Source: a bacterium
Lineage (GTDB): Bacteria > Auribacterota > UBA3054
Length of the DNA: 64,000 bases
NCBI GenBank assembly: GCA_017616555.1
Contig: JAFZXZ010000003.1
Location: 7,162-71,161, forward strand
Reading direction: 5' to 3'
Below, one piece after another: positions 52,422 to 62,593 of this stretch; position 1 is the stretch's first letter, and each line of letters begins with the position of its first letter. The position numbers were made by a program, and so were the translations under genes. The notes under the pieces are model-generated. The model did no database searches. It saw nothing but the letters and a program-made list of their open reading frames with translations, and was not told the DNA's origin.

Positions 52422-55010
52422 ATGAAGAGAGTTTTGTTGGCATTTTTGGCTTTGGGAGCTGGGGTATTGGCTTTTGCGGAGAGGACGATTTATGATCCTA
52501 ATCGGCCGGTATCGATGTTGGGGCAGAAGGAATTTACGGTGCAGTGGTACACTGCTGAGCCGTGTGCGACTCGGCTGCAATTGCGCGAGGGCGGGGAGCC
52601 TTGCATGACGTGGAAGCCCGAGGGGGAGGAGTATAAGCCGTGGGAAGAGGATGAGGTGCGTCTTGTTGAGGGAGGGACGACGGGGACTTATCACAGGCTG
52701 ACGGTGACGGGCTTGAATCCCTGCATACGGTATTATTACAGGCTGTATGATCCTGGCGTGGAGCCTACGCCGGTGGAGGTGAACTGGGGAGCGGAGAAAC
52801 CCTGGGGAAGGGAGTATGCGGTGAATACGCTGTCGCCGGACGGATGCAGGACGGTCGTCAGGATACCGGTGAAGGTTTTGGTGATGCCGAATGTTTACAG
52901 TATGTACAACGTTAAATTGCCGGACGGAACGTATCCGGAATTGCCACCTGCAATAGGGGATGCCGAGAAGGAAAAGATCGTCAGGGACTTCAAGCTGGCG
53001 GAGAGGTTCTGGTTCGTGAACAACGGGTTCAGGGTGTGGTATGATCTGCAGATATTCTGGGATGAGAGGCCGCAGTATTGGGGAGAAGTGCCGGAGGATG
53101 CGCCTGCTGGTTATAAGGAATTGGTGCCGTGCAGAAGTTTTTCCGGGCAGGAGTACCGCTTCCCGGGCGGCGGGACGTTTACGATAGTGGATCTTAGGAA
53201 TATCGAGAAAAACAATTCTTCGCCGGTGGAGGATGAGTTTGTAGGGCAGATAGAGAACGCGCAATTGAGGTATTATGACGCTAAGAGCGGAAAGTGGCTC
53301 TACAGGACGAGCGGAGGAGGAACATTCGGGGTGACGGAGTGGTTCCGCGGGGTGCCGGGAAGGTCGCAGTTCTTAGGCGACGACATCGCCTGGCTGACCT
53401 GCCACGAGTATCATCACCAGATCGAGAGTCTGGGGACCTTCAGCGGGCTGGACAGGGAAGACGATCACGTTATCTATGACCACTTCGTCAACAGGCACCG
53501 TTTCCAGAAGGCGGATGGGGAGTGGGATGAGACGACCTGGGATCTCTCGGCGAAATGCGGGGACCACTGGAGCGGTATAGCTATGACTGACAGATCGCTT
53601 ACGGATCTGCAGTGGCTGAGGATGTACTTTGGAACGCCGGTTCTGGTAGTGGACCGCGATATGGACGGCGTGCCGGACGGCGGGATGTTCTCGGACGGGA
53701 AACTGCCCTTTACGGAAGCGGAATACGGCTATGACGAGAACAAGCGTTCGACGGACGGAGTGATGGACGATTTTTCGAAAGTGAGGGAGAGCATTTGGAG
53801 CGGCGGCGTTCTGCAGCCCTGGTTCGCGAGAAGGATAGAGGAATCCGTCTGGCCGAATCCTGTTTCATCGGACAGCGACGACGACGGGTTGGAGGATGCA
53901 ATCGATCCTTTGCCCTTGCTTCCCTTTGAACCGTATATTTGGCCCCTGACGGCCGAAATAGACGGGGATGCGGCGGAATGGGTGAATATACCCCTTAATG
54001 GGGAAAAGCGCGTGGATGACGTATGTGTGCGCTTTAAACAGGGTCATGACGAGAGCGCCTACTATGCGCTGATAGAAGCGTCGGGTGAATTTACGGAGAT
54101 ACTCCTGGAGCTGGACGGCGAAGGGCACGGGATCTTCAGCGGCTGTGAGGCGCCCGGCGGTTTCAAGGATTATTATGAGTTCAGGATCCGTCCCGACGGA
54201 GACGGGTATAGGATAACGAAAGGCGGATACGGCAAAGGCGCTGATTTCGCTTACAAGAAGGAAGACGGGAAGGTCGTTTTCGAGTTCAGTATCGAGAACA
54301 GAGGGGAATCGAGTTGGTTCTGGAAAGGCGGAGGAAGGGAGGTTGGCTCCATAGTGAGCTTCCGTCTGCCGGACAAGTCCGCTTACACTTTGGGCGACGG
54401 GTATCAGCCCGTCTATTGCTTCATGCTGCCAAGTTTCGGCGTCGCTAAGTGCCCGGTTCCGCTGCCTTCCGAGCTTAAGGCTGAGGAAGCGGATGTCGCG
54501 CTGGATTTTTCTCGTGATGCTGATCTGTCCGGGTTCGAGTGCACTTCGGAATATTTCGAAGTGAAGGATGGCGCGCTGAATCTGAAAGACGATATGCCGA
54601 GAAATGCGACGGCGTATCTTTTGGCGCCGGGCTTCAAGGGCGGGAATTTCACGGTAATGATGGAATTTGAAGCGAAAGCCGACGCGGTCTTGGGAGCGTT
54701 CGAGAACGGAACTGCCGGTATTGATCCCGGCAAAGACAGCGTGGGCTTCCTGGGAGGATACGGCAACAAGCTTTCGAAGATCAGATTGAAAGGCTTGGGC
54801 GAAGTGTGCGAGAAGGCTTTTGCACTGACGCCGGGACGCCATACGATGCAGTTCCAGCGAAAGGGGAAATACTTCTTCTTGATCTGCGACGGACGTGAGA
54901 TCGGCTGGTACGGCGACAATACGAAGCGTCCGGCGGAAAAGATCGGACTTCTTGGCTGCGCGGGGAGCGATCTTAAAGTTTACCGCTTGCTAGTGAAAGG
55001 CGAAAAATAG
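52422..55010 (+). CDS. Uncharacterised secreted multidomain protein with HEYHH motif, copy B
   Basis: GGGAGG RBS before the ATG at 52422, and a signal peptide MKRVLLAFLALGAGVLAFA. It aligns with copy A over its full length (DDIAWLTCHEYHHQIES; DSDDDGLEDAIDP), but with G-ending, AGG and GGG codons. Confidence 0.6.
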   Translation: MKRVLLAFLALGAGVLAFAERTIYDPNRPVSMLGQKEFTVQWYTAEPCATRLQLREGGEPCMTWKPEGEEYKPWEEDEVRLVEGGTTGTYHRLTVTGLNPCIRYYYRLYDPGVEPTPVEVNWGAEKPWGREYAVNTLSPDGCRTVVRIPVKVLVMPNVYSMYNVKLPDGTYPELPPAIGDAEKEKIVRDFKLAERFWFVNNGFRVWYDLQIFWDERPQYWGEVPEDAPAGYKELVPCRSFSGQEYRFPGGGTFTIVDLRNIEKNNSSPVEDEFVGQIENAQLRYYDAKSGKWLYRTSGGGTFGVTEWFRGVPGRSQFLGDDIAWLTCHEYHHQIESLGTFSGLDREDDHVIYDHFVNRHRFQKADGEWDETTWDLSAKCGDHWSGIAMTDRSLTDLQWLRMYFGTPVLVVDRDMDGVPDGGMFSDGKLPFTEAEYGYDENKRSTDGVMDDFSKVRESIWSGGVLQPWFARRIEESVWPNPVSSDSDDDGLEDAIDPLPLLPFEPYIWPLTAEIDGDAAEWVNIPLNGEKRVDDVCVRFKQGHDESAYYALIEASGEFTEILLELDGEGHGIFSGCEAPGGFKDYYEFRIRPDGDGYRITKGGYGKGADFAYKKEDGKVVFEFSIENRGESSWFWKGGGREVGSIVSFRLPDKSAYTLGDGYQPVYCFMLPSFGVAKCPVPLPSELKAEEADVALDFSRDADLSGFECTSEYFEVKDGALNLKDDMPRNATAYLLAPGFKGGNFTVMMEFEAKADAVLGAFENGTAGIDPGKDSVGFLGGYGNKLSKIRLKGLGEVCEKAFALTPGRHTMQFQRKGKYFFLICDGREIGWYGDNTKRPAEKIGLLGCAGSDLKVYRLLVKGEK

Positions 55011-55039
55011 TTTCGCTCTTTTCCTGCGCGCTGAGCAAT

Positions 55040-55693
55040 TTACTTAACGGGAGGCTCGGGAAGGCTTTCCAGCAGCTTAAGGCAGCCTTCCACGTCATCA
55101 GCTTTGAGGGAAGCGATAACTTCGTCCGGCTGGTCCCACCAGCGCACTTTCAAAAGACGCTTGATAGTCTCCTCGTCGAAACGGTATTTGATCACGCGGG
55201 CTGGAACTCCTACTGCGATCGCGTACGGCGGGACATCGTGCGTTACGACAGCGCCTGCGCCGACTATGGCGCCGTCGCCTATGGTTAGGCCGTCCATTAC
55301 GATGGCGCTCCTTCCGATCCAGACATCGTTGCCGATGGTGACGGGCTCAGAGAAAGTGTATTTCACCCATTTGGATCTAGGGAGGGCAAGGCCTTCCGTG
55401 ACATTGCTAATGTCTTTATAAAAGACAGAGGAAGAGCTTAGGAACTGGGTCGGGTGCGTAGTGGTCCCAATCATGACATTGCTGGCGATCGAGCAGAATT
55501 TGCCGATGCGCGTCCGTTTGTCAGTGATTATGGTGCCGAATCCTACGAAGGAGTCGCGGCCTAAGATGCCGCGCTTGCGGAGCTCGCGGTCGTATTCGGC
55601 ATTTCGGTAGTGCTTGGCGCGGAAGGCCTTTCTTTTCTTTTTGCTGTAGAAATACAGCAGGAAAGCCAGAAGATTTGTTTTGAATTTATTCAT
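55040..55693 (-). CDS. Hexapeptide-repeat (LbH) O-acetyltransferase, XAT/CatB-Vat-like
   Basis: IGNDVWIGRSAIVMDGLTIGDGAIVGAGAVV, PPYAIAVGVPARVIKYRF and WWDQ. There is an N-terminal hydrophobic segment. Confidence 0.8.
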   Translation of the reverse strand: MNKFKTNLLAFLLYFYSKKKRKAFRAKHYRNAEYDRELRKRGILGRDSFVGFGTIITDKRTRIGKFCSIASNVMIGTTTHPTQFLSSSSVFYKDISNVTEGLALPRSKWVKYTFSEPVTIGNDVWIGRSAIVMDGLTIGDGAIVGAGAVVTHDVPPYAIAVGVPARVIKYRFDEETIKRLLKVRWWDQPDEVIASLKADDVEGCLKLLESLPEPPVK

Positions 55694-55777
55694 GTCTAGC
55701 AGTTTATCACATGCGCGGGGTTATTTCAAGAGGTAATATGATAAAATAAACAAATACAGAATTAGGAGTATTTATTT

Positions 55778-58759
55778 ATGTCTAATTGGATATTGAAACT
55801 CATCATGGGCAACCGCAACAAGCGGGTGGTTAAGCGTTTGCGTCCCATTGTTGCGAAAGTCAACGCCCAGGAAGAGCTTTATCAGAAACTAAGTGACGAC
55901 GAGATAAAGGCTAAGACCGCGGAATTCAAGGAAAGGCTAGCTAAAGGCGAGACGCTTGACGATCTGATGATCGAGGCCTTCGCGGTAATAAAGAACGTCT
56001 GCCGGAGACTGTGCGGGCAGAGCTGGGAAGTCTGCGGCTCCCCTTACGTCTGGAACATGATCCCTTACGACGTGCAGATCTTGGGCGGCATCGTTTTGCA
56101 CCGCGGCGCCATTTCCGAAATGGCGACCGGCGAAGGCAAGACTTTGGTCTCCATCATGCCCATTTATCTCAACGCCCTGACCGGAAGGGGCGTGCATGTC
56201 GTCACGGTGAACGATTATTTGGCGCGCCGCGACTCGCAGTGGAACAAAGGCGTCTTCGATTTCTTAGGGATAACCATCGGCTGCATCCAGAACCAGATGG
56301 ATCCCGCGGAAAGAAGGATCCAGTACAACTGCGACGTCACCTACGGAACGAACAGCGAATTCGGTTTCGACTATTTGCGTGACAACGGCATGGCCATGCG
56401 CAAGGAAGAGATGGTGCAGCGCGGCCACTATTACGCCATCATCGACGAAGTGGACTCGATCCTTATCGACGAAGCGAGAACGCCTCTTATCATTTCCGGC
56501 CCGGTGGGCGTTTCCAAAGAGAACAATTATCAGGAAATAAAGAGCCTGGTGCAGACCTTGGTAGGGAAGCAGCAGGTCATGTGCAACGACATGCTGCACG
56601 AGGCAAGAGAGCTCCTGAAGACGGGCGACGAGAACGACCGCTACAAAGCCGGCCGTTTGATGTACATCGTCCGCCGCGGCAACCCGAAGAACCACCAGCT
56701 GACGAAACTGATGGAAGATCCGGAAAACCACAAGCTCCTGGACAAGATCCATGCCGACCTCATCGCCGACATGAAGCGCAAGGAAATGCACAAGATCACG
56801 GAAGACCTCTATTTCGCCATGGACGAGAAGAGCAACGAAGTCTTCCTGACCGACAAAGGCCTTGCGACGCTCTCTCCTGAAGACCAGTCGAAGTTCATCC
56901 TCCCCGACCCGGTCGAGGAGACCATGAAGATCGACGAGGACGAAGGCCTGACCGCGGAAGAGAAAGTGGCGGCCAAAGAAGCCTTCCAGAGAGTCTATCA
57001 CGACACGTCTGAAAGACTGCACAACCTCTCGCAGCTGATGAGGGCGTACGTGCTCTTCGAAAAAGACGTGAACTACGTCGTGCAGGAAGGCAAAGTTCTT
57101 ATTGTCGATGAATTCACGGGCCGCATCATGCCGGGCCGCCGTTACAGCGACGGACTTCACAGCGCCCTGGAAGCCAAAGAGAACGTCAAGATCGAAGGCG
57201 AATCTCAGACTTACGCCACCATCACGATCCAGAACTACTTCCGCCTTTACGAGAAGCTGGCCGGTATGACCGGCACGGCTGAAACGGAAGCCGAGGAATT
57301 CCAGCAGATCTATCATCTGGACGTCGTCTCTATTCCGACCAACAAGCCGGTGCAGAGAAAAGACCTCAACGACGTGGTCTATAAGACCAGAAGGGAAAAA
57401 TACAACGCCGTCATAAGGGACATCAGCCGCTGCTACGAAAAAGGCCAGCCGGTCCTGGTCGGCACAGTTACGGTCGATCAGTCGGAAGTCCTTTCCAGAA
57501 TGCTCCAGCGTCTCAAAATCCCCCACAGCGTTCTTAACGCCAAGTACCACGAAAGGGAAGCTGAGATCGTGGCCCAAGCCGGACAAAGGGGCAGCGTGAC
57601 GATCGCGACCAACATGGCAGGCCGAGGCACCGACATTAAACTAGGCCCCGGCGTCCCCGAACTCGGAGGCTTGCACATCATCGGCACGGAGCGCCACGAA
57701 TCGCGCCGTATCGACCGTCAGCTCAGAGGCCGTTCCGGTCGTCAGGGCGACCCAGGCTCATCAAGGTTCTACGTCTCCCTTGAAGACGATCTGATGAGAT
57801 TGTTCGGAAGTGACAAGATCGCTACGCTCATGGAAAAGATGGGCATGCAGGAGAACGAGGAGCTGCAGCATCCCTTGCTGAACCGCTCCATCGAAACGGC
57901 CCAGAAGCGCGTTGAGCAAAGAAACTTCGGCATCCGTAAGCACACTCTTGAATTCGACGACGTCATGAACAAGCAGCGCGCGGTCATTTATGAATTCCGC
58001 ACGCACTTATTGATGACCGACAATATAAGGGAAGACGCCATGCAGTTCCTGGATGACGCCGCCGGCAACATCGTGGACGACTTTATGGCGGCCCAGGGCG
58101 AATTCAAGGAAGTGACCTCCAGCATGGTCAACCAATTCATCGCGAAAGTGCTGACGCTCTTCCCCGTCAACCTCGTCAGGGACGACGTCGCGAAGCTGAT
58201 GAAGAATCCCTCCGAACTGCAGCATTACCTGAGGGACGCCGTCTGGGCGGCCTACAACAGGAAGATCCAGATCGAAGGCGAGGAGAACGTCAGCAAACTC
58301 GAACACATCGTCTTCCTGATGACCATCGACAAGTTCTGGAAGGATCACCTCTACGAGATGGACGGCCTCCGCGAATCCGTGTATTTGAGATCCTACGGCC
58401 AGAAAGACCCCTTGCTTGAGTATAAGAAAGAAGCGCACTCCATCTTCACTACCATGATGGAAAGCTTAGCCGGGGAAGTCGCCAAGTCGCTCTTCAACTT
58501 AACGACCGTCAGAGACCCCAAGGCTCTGATGGATATGAGCAACGCGACTTACAGCTACAACGACGTCAGCGACAACTCTTCAGCCTCTTCGAAAACTCAG
58601 ATCTCCGACGAGGGGATGCACATGAGCGACGTCGCTTACAGCGGAGCAGGCGGGGCGCTTAAGCAGAAGACTATCGTCAGAACGCAGCCCAAAGTCGGCA
58701 GGAACGATCCCTGCCCCTGCGGCAGCGGCAAGAAGTATAAAAACTGTTGCGGAAAATAA
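55778..58759 (+). CDS. secA: Preprotein translocase ATPase SecA
   Basis: 993 aa. [28 protein letters not shown] and [10 protein letters not shown]. The C-terminal zinc motif is [14 protein letters not shown]. Confidence 0.97.
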   Translation: MSNWILKLIMGNRNKRVVKRLRPIVAKVNAQEELYQKLSDDEIKAKTAEFKERLAKGETLDDLMIEAFAVIKNVCRRLCGQSWEVCGSPYVWNMIPYDVQILGGIVLHRGAISEMATGEGKTLVSIMPIYLNALTGRGVHVVTVNDYLARRDSQWNKGVFDFLGITIGCIQNQMDPAERRIQYNCDVTYGTNSEFGFDYLRDNGMAMRKEEMVQRGHYYAIIDEVDSILIDEARTPLIISGPVGVSKENNYQEIKSLVQTLVGKQQVMCNDMLHEARELLKTGDENDRYKAGRLMYIVRRGNPKNHQLTKLMEDPENHKLLDKIHADLIADMKRKEMHKITEDLYFAMDEKSNEVFLTDKGLATLSPEDQSKFILPDPVEETMKIDEDEGLTAEEKVAAKEAFQRVYHDTSERLHNLSQLMRAYVLFEKDVNYVVQEGKVLIVDEFTGRIMPGRRYSDGLHSALEAKENVKIEGESQTYATITIQNYFRLYEKLAGMTGTAETEAEEFQQIYHLDVVSIPTNKPVQRKDLNDVVYKTRREKYNAVIRDISRCYEKGQPVLVGTVTVDQSEVLSRMLQRLKIPHSVLNAKYHEREAEIVAQAGQRGSVTIATNMAGRGTDIKLGPGVPELGGLHIIGTERHESRRIDRQLRGRSGRQGDPGSSRFYVSLEDDLMRLFGSDKIATLMEKMGMQENEELQHPLLNRSIETAQKRVEQRNFGIRKHTLEFDDVMNKQRAVIYEFRTHLLMTDNIREDAMQFLDDAAGNIVDDFMAAQGEFKEVTSSMVNQFIAKVLTLFPVNLVRDDVAKLMKNPSELQHYLRDAVWAAYNRKIQIEGEENVSKLEHIVFLMTIDKFWKDHLYEMDGLRESVYLRSYGQKDPLLEYKKEAHSIFTTMMESLAGEVAKSLFNLTTVRDPKALMDMSNATYSYNDVSDNSSASSKTQISDEGMHMSDVAYSGAGGALKQKTIVRTQPKVGRNDPCPCGSGKKYKNCCGK

Positions 58760-58763
58760 GACT

Positions 58764-58886
58764 ATGAAAAAACTAGTGATCCTTATTCTGCTCGCAGCTT
58801 TCGCTCTGAGCGCCTGCCGTTTCCTCCCGGTCATTTCCGGCGAGAAAGAGGATGTCCGTTACCGCGAAACGTACGAGCCCTTCTAA
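58764..58886 (+). CDS. Small lipoprotein (40 aa; below the ORF-track cutoff)
   Basis: MKKLVILILLAAFALSAC has a lipobox (LSAC). It starts 5 nt after the secA stop. Confidence 0.4.
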   Translation: MKKLVILILLAAFALSACRFLPVISGEKEDVRYRETYEPF

Positions 58887-58892
58887 TCTAAA

Positions 58893-59603
58893 GTGAAAGA
58901 TCTTGCTGAGATCTTAAAAGGCGACGGCATCGTCTTCTTCGGCGGCGCCGGCGTTTCCACAGAGTCCGGCATCCCGGACTTTCGGAGCGTGGACGGCCTT
59001 TACAACCAGAAGTACGACTATCCTCCGGAAACGATCCTTTCGCACTCATTCTTCTTCGAACATACGAAGGAGTTCTTCAAGTTTTACCGCGACAAGATCC
59101 TCGTCGAGGGCGTGAAGCCCAACAAGGCTCACCTTGCCCTGGCCAAGCTAGAAGAGGAAGGGAAGCTCATCTCCGTCATTACCCAGAACATTGACGCCTT
59201 GCACACCAAAGCCGGCAGCAAGCGCGTTTGGGAGCTCCACGGCTCGGTCGCCCGCAACTACTGCCTGAACTGCGGGAAAAGCTTCGACGTCGAATATATG
59301 AAGGAATGCGTTCCCATTCCCGTCTGCTCCTGCGGCGGCTATATCAAGCCCGACGTCGTCCTCTACGAGGAATCGCTGGACGACGACACCGTGCGCGGCG
59401 CCGTAACGGACATCATGCGCGCCAAAACGCTGATCGTCGGCGGCACCTCCCTTAACGTCTATCCTGCCGCCGGCCTCCTCAATTACTTCAAGGGCGACAC
59501 TATCGTCCTTATAAACAAGAGCGCTACGCCCTACGACCGCAACGCCGACCTCATAATAAGGGAACCAATAGGCGAGACCTTAGGCGCCGCAGTAGGGCTT
59601 TAA
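58893..59603 (+). CDS. cobB: NAD-dependent protein deacylase (Sir2 family)
   Basis: FFGGAGVSTESGIPDFRS, TQNIDALH and a zinc ribbon (CLNC...CSCG). GTG start. Confidence 0.85.
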   Translation: MKDLAEILKGDGIVFFGGAGVSTESGIPDFRSVDGLYNQKYDYPPETILSHSFFFEHTKEFFKFYRDKILVEGVKPNKAHLALAKLEEEGKLISVITQNIDALHTKAGSKRVWELHGSVARNYCLNCGKSFDVEYMKECVPIPVCSCGGYIKPDVVLYEESLDDDTVRGAVTDIMRAKTLIVGGTSLNVYPAAGLLNYFKGDTIVLINKSATPYDRNADLIIREPIGETLGAAVGL

Positions 59604-59608
59604 AGCAT

Positions 59609-59641
59609 AAAAAAACGGCCGCGTGAGCGGCCGTTTTTTTT
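59609..59641. terminator. Bidirectional intrinsic terminator
   Basis: AAAAAAA-CGGCCGC-GTGA-GCGGCCG-TTTTTTTT lies between cobB and rpsD. Confidence 0.8.
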
Positions 59642-59662
59642 GCTTTTTGGTAAGCGTTTCCC

Positions 59663-60271
59663 TTACTGTCTGGCGTAGAATTCAACCACCAGCGACACGT
59701 CGCAGATGATCGGAACTTCGTCGCGCTGAGGAAGGGTTACCAGCGTGCAGGTCAGATCCTTTTCCGAAACGGAAAGGTAAGCGGGAGCCGGCTGACGGCG
59801 TTCCATGGAGTCTTTGACGATCTGCAGCTGTTTTGCTTTTTCACAGACGCTGACCACATCGCCCGGCTTCACGCTGTAGGAAGGAATGTTGACCTTTTTG
59901 CCATTCACTTCGACATGCGCATGGGAGACGAACTGGCGGGCGGCGTAGATGGTCGGCGCGAAGCCGGCGCGAAGAACGACCGCATCCAGACGAGTCTCCA
60001 GAAGCTGGACCATGGTCTCACCGGTGTTGGTGGCCTTGGCGGCCGCCTTGCGGTAGTAGTTTACCATCTGTCGTTCGTGCACGTTGTACTGGCAACGCAG
60101 GCGCTGCTTTTCAATCAGCTGGCGCTTGTATTCCGACAGTTTGGAGCGTCTGGTGTTTCCGCCGTGCTGTCCCGGGGGATTGGGACGGCGTTCCATAACC
60201 TTGCTAGCCTTCGGGGTGATGGCGATGCCAAGGCGGCGGGAGAGACGAACCTTAGGTCCTTTGTAATTCAT
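59663..60271 (-). CDS. rpsD: 30S ribosomal protein S4
   Basis: The start is set at the internal Met (MNYKGPKVRLSRRLG, the typical S4 N-terminus), with an S4 RNA-binding domain. The start coordinate is derived from ORF-track arithmetic. Confidence 0.9.
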   Translation of the reverse strand: MNYKGPKVRLSRRLGIAITPKASKVMERRPNPPGQHGGNTRRSKLSEYKRQLIEKQRLRCQYNVHERQMVNYYRKAAAKATNTGETMVQLLETRLDAVVLRAGFAPTIYAARQFVSHAHVEVNGKKVNIPSYSVKPGDVVSVCEKAKQLQIVKDSMERRQPAPAYLSVSEKDLTCTLVTLPQRDEVPIICDVSLVVEFYARQ

Positions 60272-60381
60272 AAGTATGATTCCAAAGTATTTGTTATATT
60301 CCACGCATTTGCCCTACTACTTTTCAGACAAAATTATACGTGGGCTGAAATGATATCAAATGAGGGATTTAAAAGTCAAGG

Positions 60382-61665
60382 TCAATAATGGATCGCAATG
60401 CGGAAACCGCAGTTGTCGTTCTTAGCGTCTTTGGACATTCTCATGGCCATGCGGCAGTGGGCGGGAGTGTCGGTCTTGTAGATGCCTCCGCCCTTGCAGC
60501 AGAAATTCGCTTTCTTTGAATAGTTGCCGACAGGGTCTGTCACAGCTTTGGTGCCAAGGTTTTTCGATAAGCGATCAAGGCAGTAATCCCAGGCATTGCC
60601 GTGCATATCGTAAAGCCCGTTCAGGCCGGGAGTCAACAAGCCGACTTCGTGGGTAATGCCGTTCGGTGGGGTCTGATCAGCATTCCAGGCGACGTTCGTC
60701 GTGTGGGACCAATCGGCAATTTGAGTTTGCGGATCATAGAAAGCTACGCCGTCATTCCAGACGTAATCGCCGTGATAAGTTCCGTCGCAATTGTAATCTC
60801 CATTGGCAGCGTAAGTCCCGTCGCCCTTGTCTCTGGCGGCCATTTCCCACTCGGCTTCCGTCGGCAGGTCGAATATGAGGCCGTGACCGGTTTTCTGGCG
60901 CAGCGTGCCGAAGAAACTGCCCTCATCTACTCTGTAGTCGGTCTTGTCAGGCCAGGTCATGCCGTAGGTTTCGCCGCGCAGCTCTTTCTCTTGTATCTGG
61001 ACTCTGGGCAGCTTGCTGTTTCTGCCTGTCTGGATATTCATTATCCTCGAGTACTGGTCTGCAGTGGTTTCAAGCACGCCGATGTATATGGGCCTGGTGA
61101 TCGTCACCTGATGCTTGTCTTCGGGAATGCCGCCCGGTTGTCTGTTCGGTTCGTCCGAGGCGGAGCCCATGTAGAAGGTACCCTGGTTGATCCTTCTGAA
61201 CCAGATATTTGTGGTTTTGCAGGCGTTATTATGGCCAACATTCGCCGGACCGGTCGCGCTGGGACTCAGGGTGTAGTCGGCGAGATCCAACTTAAGGTAG
61301 GTCGAAGCGGTTCCGCTGACGTCCAGGGCGATCACGTTGAATTTGGCGTCGTCGGTATTGGTATTCGGCTTGTCAACGGTGGAGTTCCAGGTGATTCTTT
61401 TTACACCGTCGCCAAAGACGATGCCGCAGGCGCCTTCGCCTTCGATGGAGCTAAGGTCAAAGACAGAGCCGTCTTCGATCTGACCGTGGAAGGCTGTGCG
61501 GAAAACAGGGAACGTCGCATTGGACGTTAAGGTATAGTCAATGTCGACCTTGCCGTTCCAGGGCCAACGCTGGGAGGCGGTGACGCTGGTCAGAGTGCTG
61601 TTTGCTAAAACCGACGTGGCGGCAGCCAAAGACAGCAAAAGTAAAAATAGAGATCTGTTATTCAC
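60382..61665 (-). CDS. Secreted FGE-sulfatase (SUMF1/EgtB/PvdO) domain protein, non-canonical active site
   Basis: Signal peptide and an N-terminal beta-domain (QRWPWNGKVDIDYTL). FGE-fold motifs are YMGS, LPTEAEWEMAAR, DMHGNAWDYCLD and GFRIA. Confidence 0.8.
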   Translation of the reverse strand: MNNRSLFLLLLSLAAATSVLANSTLTSVTASQRWPWNGKVDIDYTLTSNATFPVFRTAFHGQIEDGSVFDLSSIEGEGACGIVFGDGVKRITWNSTVDKPNTNTDDAKFNVIALDVSGTASTYLKLDLADYTLSPSATGPANVGHNNACKTTNIWFRRINQGTFYMGSASDEPNRQPGGIPEDKHQVTITRPIYIGVLETTADQYSRIMNIQTGRNSKLPRVQIQEKELRGETYGMTWPDKTDYRVDEGSFFGTLRQKTGHGLIFDLPTEAEWEMAARDKGDGTYAANGDYNCDGTYHGDYVWNDGVAFYDPQTQIADWSHTTNVAWNADQTPPNGITHEVGLLTPGLNGLYDMHGNAWDYCLDRLSKNLGTKAVTDPVGNYSKKANFCCKGGGIYKTDTPAHCRMAMRMSKDAKNDNCGFRIAIHY

Positions 61666-61674
61666 TTTTATACC

Positions 61675-62574
61675 TCAGTTTAATTTTCTATAGGAAAGTC
61701 CGAAAAGGATGAGCGCCATCAAAGCAAGGGAAGGCTCCGGCGTGATCGTAATGGATGTGGTGCTGGTGACAGACTCGAAGATCGCGGTGGGATCGTCGTT
61801 GTCATAGATCGTGTAGTTGAGAGTATAGGAGTCGCCCCTGGGCAGATCGCCGGGGTCAACGGAGGTGTAATTCCACCTGTAAGTGCCTTCTCCTTCCACA
61901 GAGCTTGTCATGATGTCGTAGGTGTCGCCAGAGGACATTGAGAAGAAGCCCATGATGCCGCTGGCGCCCTGATCGGTGGCGTAAAGTTTAAACTTCCTGT
62001 CGAAGCCTTTTCCGTTTAGAGCCCACTTGGCGCTGTAAGTGATATAGTCGGTCGGCTTGATCTCGACGCTCTTGCCGGAGGCAATATTGTAGGTGTCCAA
62101 TGTATAATTAGAGGACCAGGTCGGAGGCAGGGGGTCGCCGGAACCGATGGTGACGTAAGCGGTGTCGGTGCAAAGGACATTGCCCATGCCGTCTTTGACT
62201 TCATGGATCAGCGTATAATGGAGGTGTCTCGGCAGGGCGAGGATATCCTCATCGGCGTAGTTCCAGTAACATTTGCCGTATTCGCCGTCATAGACGTTGC
62301 GGTAAATGTAGTACGGTCTGATCATATTGTTTTCCGCTCTGACGGTCGATACTCTGTCGTAGCCGTAGGCCCAGTCCGAGCCGTAGGTTATGGGATCCAT
62401 TACGGAGATCAGAAATTCAGTTCCGAGATTTACGTTGTCAAGCTCAATGCCCGACGACCACACGCTCTCAGCGGCGGGATCAGTCGTCCAATCGGCCATA
62501 ACAGGGGCGGCAAGCAAGGCCGCCAGAATGGCCAAGGTCGTGTTTTTAATTAGAATATCTTTCATTTTGTTCAT
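61675..62574 (-). CDS. PEP-CTERM-anchored secreted protein with internal duplication
   Basis: Signal peptide. Two related halves (WSSGIELDNVNLG.. / WSSNYTLDTYNIA..; GEYGKCYWNY.. / GEGTYRWNY..). The protein ends TPEPSLALMALILFGLSYRKLN. Confidence 0.65.
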   Translation of the reverse strand: MNKMKDILIKNTTLAILAALLAAPVMADWTTDPAAESVWSSGIELDNVNLGTEFLISVMDPITYGSDWAYGYDRVSTVRAENNMIRPYYIYRNVYDGEYGKCYWNYADEDILALPRHLHYTLIHEVKDGMGNVLCTDTAYVTIGSGDPLPPTWSSNYTLDTYNIASGKSVEIKPTDYITYSAKWALNGKGFDRKFKLYATDQGASGIMGFFSMSSGDTYDIMTSSVEGEGTYRWNYTSVDPGDLPRGDSYTLNYTIYDNDDPTAIFESVTSTTSITITPEPSLALMALILFGLSYRKLN

Positions 62575-62593
62575 TAAGATATTTGTTCAGCTT

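Noticed and set aside
56264-57586. Long antisense shadow ORFs. Examples are 56264-57586 opposite secA, 52404-53264 and 53865-54842 opposite HEYHH copy B, 24960-25913 opposite mrdA, 11376-12293, 12167-13018 and 60601-61530
   Set aside because: Each lies opposite a gene with strong family motifs. Their translations are Arg/Gly/Ala/Val-rich and low-complexity, with no motifs or RBS. This is typical stop-codon depletion on the antisense strand of GC-rich coding DNA.
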